IMG/VR virus record: IMGVR_UViG_3300037851_000491
Coordinates: 1 to 35,101 of that record
Strand: one strand, 5' to 3'
DNA: 35,101 nt
DNA from: a virus
Lineage: Duplodnaviria > Caudoviricetes
The notes below the pieces were generated by a model. That model saw only the letters and a list, made by a program, of their open reading frames with translations, was not told where the DNA came from and made no database searches. Below, in pieces: positions 1 through 6,741 of this stretch. The stretch's first letter is position 1. The number at the start of each line of letters is the position of its first letter. The position numbers and the translations under genes are program-made.

Positions 1-1
1 C

Positions 2-730
2 GCCGGCACCTGCGCCATTACCTCGGGCGCCAGTGGAGCGGCCACGCAGGAGCAGCCCGCGAGCGGCACGGCCGCGATCACCTCCGGCGCCTCCGGCGCG
101 GCCCAGTCCGAGAGCCCGGTCTCCGGTACGGCTTCGATCGTGTCCGGCGCGAGCGGCGCGGCCACCGGCCAGCAGCCGGCCGCCGGCACCGCCTCCGCCT
201 CGAGCGGCGCCTCCGGTACGGCCACGCAGCAAGCGCCCGCCTCCGGTACGACGGCCGCCTCGAGCGGCGCCTCCGGCTCCGCGTCCCAGCAGCAGCCGGC
301 CTCCGGCACGGCCCCGATCACCTCGGGCGCCTCGGGAGCGGTCACGCAGCAGCAGCCGGCCGCGGGAACATGCTCGATCGTGTCGGGCGCAAGCGGCTCG
401 GTGTCCGCCGAGGGCGAGTCCGAGCCCCTGCCCGTCTCCGGCACCTGCCAGATCTCAAGCGCCGCCTCGGGAGCGGCTACGCAGCAGCAGCCCGCAGGCG
501 GGACCTGCCCGATCGGCTCGAGCGCCTCCGGCTCCGCGGCCCAGCAGGCCCCGGCCGCCGGCACCTGCTCGATCGTCTCTGCGGCCTCCGGAGCGGTCAC
601 GCAGCAGGCCTCCGTCACCGGCACCTGCTCGATCGTGAGTGGAGCCTCCGGCTCGGCCACCGCCCAGGAGTCCGAGCCCCTGCCCGTCTCCGGCACCTGC
701 CAGATCTCAAGCGGAGCCTCCGGCGCCGTC
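2..730 (+). repeat. 60-bp (20-aa) degenerate coding tandem repeat
   Basis: CTCCGGYACG recurs at 121, 241, 301; GAGTCCGAGCCCCTGCCCGTCTCCGGCACCTGCCAGATCTCAAGCG duplicated at about 416 and 668. Confidence 0.95.
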
Positions 731-874
731 GACGCTATCGTCGACGGGACGGTCGTGGCCTCCAGCGGCGTGGCAATCACCCGGGCGCCCGGACCGACTG
801 TAGGCGGCGCGGCCGGGACGGCTGTCCGCCGAATCCGCGGAGTCATCATTCCGTACAAAAGGAGAGGCCCATGA
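2..874 (+). CDS. C-terminal part of Gly-rich, 20-aa tandem-repeat virion fibre-like protein (continues from 34221 across the contig break)
   Basis: Frame open from nt 2 (AGTCAITSGASGAATQEQP...) to stop at 874; about 12 units of xSGTxxIxSGASGxxxQQQP; same units at the contig end. Confidence 0.8.
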   Translation, partial: AGTCAITSGASGAATQEQPASGTAAITSGASGAAQSESPVSGTASIVSGASGAATGQQPAAGTASASSGASGTATQQAPASGTTAASSGASGSASQQQPASGTAPITSGASGAVTQQQPAAGTCSIVSGASGSVSAEGESEPLPVSGTCQISSAASGAATQQQPAGGTCPIGSSASGSAAQQAPAAGTCSIVSAASGAVTQQASVTGTCSIVSGASGSATAQESEPLPVSGTCQISSGASGAVDAIVDGTVVASSGVAITRAPGPTVGGAAGTAVRRIRGVIIPYKRRGP

Positions 875-1176
875 TTGAGAACGTCGACGCCGTCCTCGAG
901 CCCATGTGGGAGGGCGCCGCCGAGGACCGCTACTTCACCGTCAACCTGGACAGCGGCGAGACCATCACCGGCGCCGTCCTCTTTGTCAACCTGGACGGCG
1001 TCTCGACGCCCCTCGCCGGCAAGATCACCGCCGGCCCCACGGCCTCCGGCTCCACCGTCTCTTTCAGGTTCAGCGGGGCCGCGGCCGGCTGGTTCATCAT
1101 CACCGCCGCCTGCACCATCTCGGACGGGCAGACACCCATCTACAGGCTCGCCCTTTGGGTGAGGCCAAGGAGCTGA
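871..1176 (+). CDS. Small beta-rich protein, probable fibre-tail adaptor (101 aa)
   Basis: ATG at 871 after AGGAGAGG, ATGA overlap with the upstream stop; the track start at 370 is an over-extension. Confidence 0.7.
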   Translation: MIENVDAVLEPMWEGAAEDRYFTVNLDSGETITGAVLFVNLDGVSTPLAGKITAGPTASGSTVSFRFSGAAAGWFIITAACTISDGQTPIYRLALWVRPRS

Positions 1177-1180
1177 AAAC

Positions 1181-1537
1181 ATGGCTGGACTAACGCAAGC
1201 AAGACAGCAGGCAATCCTGGACGCCGAGTTCGTCGCCGGCGACTACTTCGCCTGGTCGGAGAACGGCACGAGCGAATCGAGCTACCTGGCCCGGACGGCC
1301 GTCTCCGCCTGGACGTCGGCCTCGGCCGCCAACCCCTCGGAGAAGTCGAACAACGGCGCGCTGCTCTCGGCCGCCTGCAGCGGAGACGCCAAGACCTTCA
1401 CCCACTGGGCGGTCTTCTCCGCCTCGACGGCCGGCACGCAGAAGACCGACTGGACCGCGCTCACGCAGTCCCAGCTGCTCAACACCGGCGGCAAGCTGAG
1501 CATCGCCGCCAACGCCCTCAAAGTCACCCTGGACTGA
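1181..1537 (+). CDS. Small virion/fibre-associated protein
   Basis: AAGGAG RBS; motif FTHWAVFSASTAGT...LSIAANALKVTLD typical of phage accessory fibre modules. Confidence 0.75.
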   Translation: MAGLTQARQQAILDAEFVAGDYFAWSENGTSESSYLARTAVSAWTSASAANPSEKSNNGALLSAACSGDAKTFTHWAVFSASTAGTQKTDWTALTQSQLLNTGGKLSIAANALKVTLD

Positions 1538-1643
1538 GGCCTCTGTAAGGCCCGGCACGGATGCAGGCGGGTCTTTTCCCGCCTGCGCCGCAGGCCCGTC
1601 TTGAGGGTCCAGCGGCGCGATTTGAGCCTATTGCGGAGGGGAG
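1537..1643 (+). repeat. Structured intergenic element, copy A
   Basis: Shares AGGCCTCTGTAAGGCCCG and an identical 39-nt block (1585-1623 = 34156-34194) with 34113-34214. Confidence 0.9.
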
Positions 1644-1691
1644 CTAATACAACGGCCGCGGCGAGGCGGCCAGAGAAGGGAGAAACGCCCC

Positions 1692-2012
1692 ATGGAGTAC
1701 CCTGCAATATTCGCCATTGTGGCCGGCTTCGTGGCCACCATCATCATCGGCCTGCTCACCCGCGCCACCTGGCCCAGCTGGGCAAAGGTGGTCATGGCCG
1801 GAGCGGTCGCCGTGGTCCTCGGGCTCGTGGAGCTGTGGATTGCCGGCGACACGGTATGGAGCTGGTCCAACCTCTGGCCGATCGCCGCGGCCGTGTTCGT
1901 GCTGGCCAAGGCCTGGTTTACCCTGATCGCCTGGAAGGTCCCCGGCCTGCAGGACTGGTGGGAACGCCACGGCCTCAAGCCCTCTACGCAGGACCCCACG
2001 CCCACCCAGTGA
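1692..2012 (+). CDS. Holin-like membrane protein (about 3 TM segments)
   Basis: Three hydrophobic stretches in 106 aa, GAAGGGAG RBS, end of late operon. Confidence 0.7.
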   Translation: MEYPAIFAIVAGFVATIIIGLLTRATWPSWAKVVMAGAVAVVLGLVELWIAGDTVWSWSNLWPIAAAVFVLAKAWFTLIAWKVPGLQDWWERHGLKPSTQDPTPTQ

Positions 2013-2072
2013 TTCGAGGAGGTGATCCTCCATCTCGCGGGCGCCGGCTACCCCTCCGGCCGGCGCCTCCGT

Positions 2073-2144
2073 AGCGCGGTAGAGCAGCGGTAGCTCGTGA
2101 GCCCCATAAGCTCAAGGTCGCCGGTTCGATCCCGGCCCGCGCCA
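2073..2144 (+). tRNA. tRNA with CAT anticodon, initiator-like but atypical; CCA not encoded
   Basis: Cloverleaf: acceptor AGCGCGG/CCGCGCC, D-stem GAGC/GCTC, anticodon stem TGAGC/GCTCA with loop CCCATAA, T-arm GCCGG-TTCGATC-CCGGC, discriminator A. Confidence 0.9.
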
Positions 2145-2153
2145 CCTACAGAA

Positions 2154-2200
2154 ACGCCCCTCTCTCAGGCTTTCGCGCCTGGGGGAGGGGCGTCTTTTTT
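2154..2200 (+). terminator. Intrinsic terminator ending the late transcript, between convergent units
   Basis: 17-bp stem ACGCCCCTCTCTCAGGC/GCCTGGGGGAGGGGCGT (with G-U pairs) followed by CTTTTTT. Confidence 0.85.
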
Positions 2201-2213
2201 GTGTTGGTGGTGG

Positions 2214-2450
2214 TTATCCGCGCCGGATCTCTTCCATCAGCTTCGCGTGGTGCACGCTCGCCTGGCAGATGCGGGCGATGATGGCGAACACGGCCGCGCC
2301 CGCCCAGATGGCCGCTTGCTCGATGGCACTCTCGACGGCGACCCAGCCGAGCACGAACATGATGACCGCGCCGGCGACGCACAGTCCCATGCCGACGGTG
2401 CCCGGCCAGGTGCTCACCGCGGGGGCGGGATAGTCGCGCTCTCTGGTCAT
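2214..2450 (-). CDS. Small 2-TM membrane protein in repressor operon
   Basis: MTRERDY... with two hydrophobic helices; starts 2 nt after the upstream stop. Confidence 0.7.
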   Translation of the reverse strand: MTRERDYPAPAVSTWPGTVGMGLCVAGAVIMFVLGWVAVESAIEQAAIWAGAAVFAIIARICQASVHHAKLMEEIRRG

Positions 2451-2452
2451 GG

Positions 2453-2623
2453 CTAGTAGTCCACCTTGCGGTAGACCAGGAACACGCAAAACGGCCCCCA
2501 CCAGGCGGCGGGACAGACGGCCGCGAGTTCCTGGCCCTTCTTCGCGTGCCGTCCCACCTTGCGCTCCAGGCGGCCCTTGGTGGGCCAGAACAGGCGGTCT
2601 ACGTCGGCGAATGCGTTGCTCAT
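2453..2623 (-). CDS. Hypothetical 56-aa protein (absent from ORF track)
   Basis: MSNAFADVDRLFWPTKGRLERKVGRHAKKGQELAAVCPAAWWGPFCVFLVYRKVDY; GGAGGGG RBS; ATGA overlap with repressor stop. Confidence 0.65.
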   Translation of the reverse strand: MSNAFADVDRLFWPTKGRLERKVGRHAKKGQELAAVCPAAWWGPFCVFLVYRKVDY

Positions 2624-2940
2624 GATCCCCTCCGTTCAAGCATGTACTCGATTCTCCGTTGGATCTCGCGCTTGCCTTGGGGCGGCAGGCGGAGATACCC
2701 GTCCCAGAACTCCGGGTTCTCGGCGAGCTCGGCCAAAAGATACCAGGGCTTGACCTTCAGAGCCTTGGCGATGGAGCGGATGACACGGAGCCCTGGGTCC
2801 CGGCTGCCCCGCTCGATCATGGAGATGTAGTGCGGCACCGGGTGCCGACGCCCGCCGAGGCTCACGAGTGCGGCAAGCTCGGCCTGCGTCATCCCGAGCC
2901 GTGTACGCAGCCAGCGGACGTTGTCACCGAATGTGGCCAT
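2620..2940 (-). CDS. XRE-family HTH repressor (CI-like, no peptidase domain)
   Basis: FGDNVRWLRTRLGMTQAELA...YISMIERGSRDPGLRVIRSIAKALKV; divergent from the early operon. Confidence 0.9.
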   Translation of the reverse strand: MATFGDNVRWLRTRLGMTQAELAALVSLGGRRHPVPHYISMIERGSRDPGLRVIRSIAKALKVKPWYLLAELAENPEFWDGYLRLPPQGKREIQRRIEYMLERRGS

Positions 2941-3100
2941 CACCCACCGTGAGTTTACATTCTGTATATGACACGAAAAGCACAGTAACATCACTCGCCG
3001 TGAACCACTTTACAGATTGTCGGTATTTGCGCGGAAACCTTGTCAAAGTGACCAGAAAGAGTATTGCGTCAACCCCCCGTATATGAAACGGTGGACCTCA
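2941..3100. promoter_or_regulatory. AT-rich divergent promoter/switch region
   Basis: GC drop between divergent regulators; TTGTCA(3040)-N16-TATTGC candidate; GTATATGA at 2966 and 3079. Confidence 0.6.
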
Positions 3101-3321
3101 TGAGAAAGCGAGAGAGGATAGAGCGGAACCACCGGTACCTTCCCAAGACCATCGCCCTTGAACCGGCCATGATCGACTACCTGGATGACGAAGCGTACCT
3201 CCGGGAGTGGTCAACGTCGGAGCTGGTGCGGAAGATCGTGGGGTGCTACCGGGACAATGCGGCAGAGTTCGAGCGGCTCTGCCCGGAGTTGAAAGTCTCC
3301 CGTCCGGCCGGTGCGCTATGA
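3101..3321 (+). CDS. Ribbon-helix-helix (CopG/Arc-like) regulator in Cro position
   Basis: PKTIAL-EPAMIDYLDDEA-...STSELVRKIV strand-helix-helix pattern. Confidence 0.7.
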
Positions 3322-3478
3322 TGCAGGCATGGAACCCCGCTCTCTGGCGGCTCCGTGAATGCATGATATTGTACATCGTGCTCAGTAGAGAATTTCACTC
3401 TCCGCATACGCTCTGAGCGTATAAAAGAAGAAGGCTGACGGTTGCACCCGTCAGCCTTCGGTAACGCGGAGGCCCTCT

Positions 3479-4048
3479 GTGGAAAGTCCCGCTACTGCGG
3501 AGTGTACAACGACACTCCCCGTTGATGCAACTTTTCTTTACATCTTGGAAAAGTTGCTCCCTGAACACCTCAAACGTGTCCACGTCGATGAGGGTACGGG
3601 CTGCCTCCTCTGGGATGGTCCCCCGAACGCCGCTGGGCACGGCCAGGTGGCAACTCCCGAGGGCACCAAGACGGCACACGTCGCCGTGTGGGAGTACCTC
3701 TTCGGCCCGCTTGACTCTGTCATCCACCTTCACCACACCTGCCCGAATAAGCTGTGCGTCAGCCCGTTCCATCAGCATCCCCGGCTCTACACCGAACACC
3801 GGCGCGAGCATGCCCGAAAGCGTTGGGCGATGCAGAAGGAAGGGCATCCAGAGCATCTAATCGGGGCTCGCAAAGGGCGCGGTCATCTGGGCGAGCACCA
3901 GCGGGCCGAAATACACGACCTGTACTTCACGAGGCGAGCGACCCAGCAGGAGCTTGCTGACCTCTTCGGCGTCTCGCGGCCCACCATCTCCAAGATCGTC
4001 AACGGGCCACGGCCCGAGCCCGTCGCACCGGAAACGGACCCGCGATGA
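3479..4048 (+). CDS. HNH endonuclease with C-terminal HTH (homing-type)
   Basis: GCLLWDG...AHVAVWE...HHTCPNKLCVSPFH; HTH TQQELADLFGVSRPTISKIVNG; GGAGG RBS. Confidence 0.85.
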   Translation: MESPATAECTTTLPVDATFLYILEKLLPEHLKRVHVDEGTGCLLWDGPPNAAGHGQVATPEGTKTAHVAVWEYLFGPLDSVIHLHHTCPNKLCVSPFHQHPRLYTEHRREHARKRWAMQKEGHPEHLIGARKGRGHLGEHQRAEIHDLYFTRRATQQELADLFGVSRPTISKIVNGPRPEPVAPETDPR

Positions 4049-4326
4049 TCACCGCCACCAAGCGCGGCCACACGATCATCCTGGACGGCGGCTTCCGCCT
4101 CACCTGCGACGGCTGGGAGCTGCTCCCCGGGGCAACGTGGCGCTACCTTGACACCGGCGAGCCGGCCGACGTGGAACGCCCCTGCGTGCGTTGCGGACAG
4201 ATGCCGACTCCCGAGGGCCATGACGCCTGTCTTGGAACCGTCCCCGGTGTCAAGGCGGCCTGCTGTGGCCACGGCGTGACGGAGCCCTACCAGCTCGTCA
4301 CGGTCACGGTGGTGAGCGCCCGATGA
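4045..4326 (+). CDS. Hypothetical Cys/His protein
   Basis: RPCVRCG...HDACLG...ACCGHG; ATGA coupling on both sides. Confidence 0.75.
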   Translation: MITATKRGHTIILDGGFRLTCDGWELLPGATWRYLDTGEPADVERPCVRCGQMPTPEGHDACLGTVPGVKAACCGHGVTEPYQLVTVTVVSAR

Positions 4327-4679
4327 CCGCCGCCGACCTCCACGCCCTCCACCTGGCCCTGCCTGTCGGTATCGAGAACGGCACCACCCAGGCCGACCTG
4401 GCCGCCCAGCTGGGCTGGGATACCCGGAAGGTCCAGGAAGGCTTCCTGGAACTCCGCCGCGAGCACCACGTGCCCGTGGTGGCCCTCACCTGCCACAACG
4501 GCTGCTTCATCGCCCGCAAAGGTGACAAGGCGGATCTCGCCGCCATCAAGCGGACCCGGAACAGCATGAACTCCCGCGCCATGAGCCTGCACGTCACCGT
4601 CCGCGACCTTGACGAGGTGATCGCGGACTTGGAGTGGAGCCCCTGTCTGTTCCCTGAGCTCGAGGAGGTTGCCGTATGA
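4323..4679 (+). CDS. Winged-HTH DNA-binding protein
   Basis: TQADLAAQLGWDTRKVQEGFLELR...NGCFIA. Confidence 0.75.
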   Translation: MTAADLHALHLALPVGIENGTTQADLAAQLGWDTRKVQEGFLELRREHHVPVVALTCHNGCFIARKGDKADLAAIKRTRNSMNSRAMSLHVTVRDLDEVIADLEWSPCLFPELEEVAV

Positions 4680-4855
4680 CCGTGAACCAACGTGACTACC
4701 CCTGGCTGACCGCCGACGAGCTGACCGCCCGCCGCCGCGCTCGCAAGCAGGCGCGCGAGGACCGGCGGACCACTCGCCAGATCATCGGCGTGGTCATCGG
4801 CGGGTCCGCAGGCATGGCCGTTGTGTGCGCGCTGCTGTGGGGCATCGCGGGGTGA
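4676..4855 (+). CDS. 59-aa membrane-anchored protein (absent from ORF track)
   Basis: MTVNQRDYPWLTADELTARRRARKQARED...IIGVVIGGSAGMAVVCALLWGIAG; GAGGAGG RBS; ATGA/GTGA overlaps. Confidence 0.7.
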   Translation: MTVNQRDYPWLTADELTARRRARKQAREDRRTTRQIIGVVIGGSAGMAVVCALLWGIAG

Positions 4856-6570
4856 CTCCCATCAGCCATCGAGACCACCCGGAACTGCGTGACCGTCCGC
4901 CGGCGCATCCCTGCACCGTCTGCGGCCACGCCGTCTCCGAGTCCTGGTGGCGGGAGGGTTACGACACCTGCTCGCTCCACTCGCTCGGAGTGAAGCCCGG
5001 AAAGAAACGAACGTTGCAACAGGAGGGGAATGAAATGGCCAACAAGCGGATGCCAGAAGAGCGGCAGCGGGAGGTCGTGCGCCTCCACAATCAGGGGCTG
5101 TCTCCGTCGCAGATCGCCCAACGGATGGAGCCGAAGTCATGCAACACCACCATCGAGCGCGTGCTCGCCGAGAAGGGCATCACGCCGCATAAGGCCGAGA
5201 ATGCCCGCCCGGTCACAGTCTATCGCCGGGAGCCTGAACCCCGGAAGAAGAGTGGCAAAGCCGCCAAGAATAACAACGGGAAAGTCACACCCACCGAGCG
5301 CCCGACCTGCTACGGCGCGACCGACTGCCCGCTCCCCGAGCCCGAGAGCTGCGACCACTTCGATGCCTGTCTGAACGAGCTGAAGGAATGGGCAGCCTCT
5401 GCCACCACGTCCCCCCTTGCAGAGCCGGTCGGGGCCGTCGCAGAAGGAACCTCCACTTCCGAGGAAGCGACGGCCCCGCCGGCGACCATCATGCCGGAGC
5501 GGTCCTGCCAAGACTGCCGCTATGACGACGGTGTAGAGGGCGAAGAGCCCTGTGTCTCGTGCTGTGTCGAAGAGAACCACTGGACTCCGAAGCTCTCCGG
5601 TTCCGAATCCTGCACCACAAATCCGGTGCAAAAAGACGAACCGGCCCCTATGACCGGCCACTGCGCCTGCTATCGCCAACCCGTCACCACCGGCAACCGC
5701 TGCCCCAACGCGGAGGCCGGCTACCGGACCGACTGCTCGCCCGAGTGCCCTGAGTGGCGTGAGCGGGCCACGGTGGAAGTCAAGCTGGAGCTGCCCGAGG
5801 ATGCCATCCAGCCCGAGCCCGGCTGGTGCGCGCTCAAGAACACGGCCTACGAAGTCGGCCAGCCCTGCGGGTACAGCAGTGAGCCCTGCTTCGTCCTGTG
5901 CGAGCACTTCCGCACCGACGCTCAGGTGCTCGCCGCAGCCCGCGAGAAGCTGATGGAGGCGGTGGACAGCGAGCTTGCCGAGATGGGGCCGGAACACGTC
6001 TGCAAGACGTGCCGGCACTTGGACGACGAACCCCTGGAAGAACCCTGCTACGGGTGTGCACAGGGCATGGGGGAGACGGTGGCGGACCGCTGGGAGCCAA
6101 TCTCCGGCCGATCCGAAACCAAAGAGGAGCCCGGGGTCCCCAACCTACCTTGCTACGGCAACAGCGCCATGGCCGCCGATCGGGAGTGTGACGCCTGCCT
6201 TATCAACGGCCCCTGTGCTGACGAGGAGGCCGCCAGGTCGCAAGAAGCCGGGCAGGATATTCCAGGCTTCATTCCTGGGAAGCTCCGCGAGCCCGAGTGG
6301 GTCCCATTCGCGGGCCGCACGGCGGCCCCCAAGCAGATGGAAGTGCGCCTGGTCCTCGCCGACAAGCCGGAAGTCATGCGGCAGCTGCGTGAGGCCCTGG
6401 GCGTAGACGATCCGGCTTTCGATTCCCTGGTCCGGCTGGCCGGCCACATGGGCAGCAACCAAATCCTGCGCCTGGAAGACGTGCGCGATCTCCTCACCAT
6501 CAGCCGAGTGCTCTATCGCCTCGAAGGCCGCGTAGGCGGGCTCGAGCACGCCTTCATCACCACCGACTAA
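4852..6570 (+). CDS. Large Cys-rich modular protein with HTH (alternative start 5035)
   Basis: HTH-like VVRLHNQGLSPSQIAQRM; multiple CxxC modules; coupled GTG at 4852; AGGAGG RBS before ATG 5035. Confidence 0.8.
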   Translation: MTPISHRDHPELRDRPPAHPCTVCGHAVSESWWREGYDTCSLHSLGVKPGKKRTLQQEGNEMANKRMPEERQREVVRLHNQGLSPSQIAQRMEPKSCNTTIERVLAEKGITPHKAENARPVTVYRREPEPRKKSGKAAKNNNGKVTPTERPTCYGATDCPLPEPESCDHFDACLNELKEWAASATTSPLAEPVGAVAEGTSTSEEATAPPATIMPERSCQDCRYDDGVEGEEPCVSCCVEENHWTPKLSGSESCTTNPVQKDEPAPMTGHCACYRQPVTTGNRCPNAEAGYRTDCSPECPEWRERATVEVKLELPEDAIQPEPGWCALKNTAYEVGQPCGYSSEPCFVLCEHFRTDAQVLAAAREKLMEAVDSELAEMGPEHVCKTCRHLDDEPLEEPCYGCAQGMGETVADRWEPISGRSETKEEPGVPNLPCYGNSAMAADRECDACLINGPCADEEAARSQEAGQDIPGFIPGKLREPEWVPFAGRTAAPKQMEVRLVLADKPEVMRQLREALGVDDPAFDSLVRLAGHMGSNQILRLEDVRDLLTISRVLYRLEGRVGGLEHAFITTD

Positions 6571-6741
6571 GCCAACGCGCCCAAAAGGGTTAGACGCGAC
6601 CGGAGCCACAGCGACCGAAGGGGGACGCCATGTAGATCGCGCGGCGCATAGATGCCGCCTCTCAAAGAAAGCAGAAGGGCCGCCGAAGCGGCCCCACGCT
6701 GGCAAGCGAACCGAGCATAGCAAGGAGGGACGAACGAAGCA

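Noticed and set aside
1-730. Regular 60-bp periodicity as a CRISPR array
   Set aside because: Units are degenerate, in-frame coding repeats without unique spacers; no cas genes
370-870. Long N-terminal extensions in the ORF track (starts 370, 6873, 7445, 11853, 17649, 25572, 31246)
   Set aside because: They overlap real upstream genes in another frame; RBS or coupling supports 871, 7419, 7766, 11958, 17898, 25629, 31348
2145-2210. tRNA-associated theta/HDV-like ribozyme or attP core
   Set aside because: Trailer is a simple terminator hairpin; no nested pseudoknot recognised and no integrase nearby
3400-3471. Hammerhead ribozyme
   Set aside because: Junction lacks the CUGANGA and GAAA core on either strand
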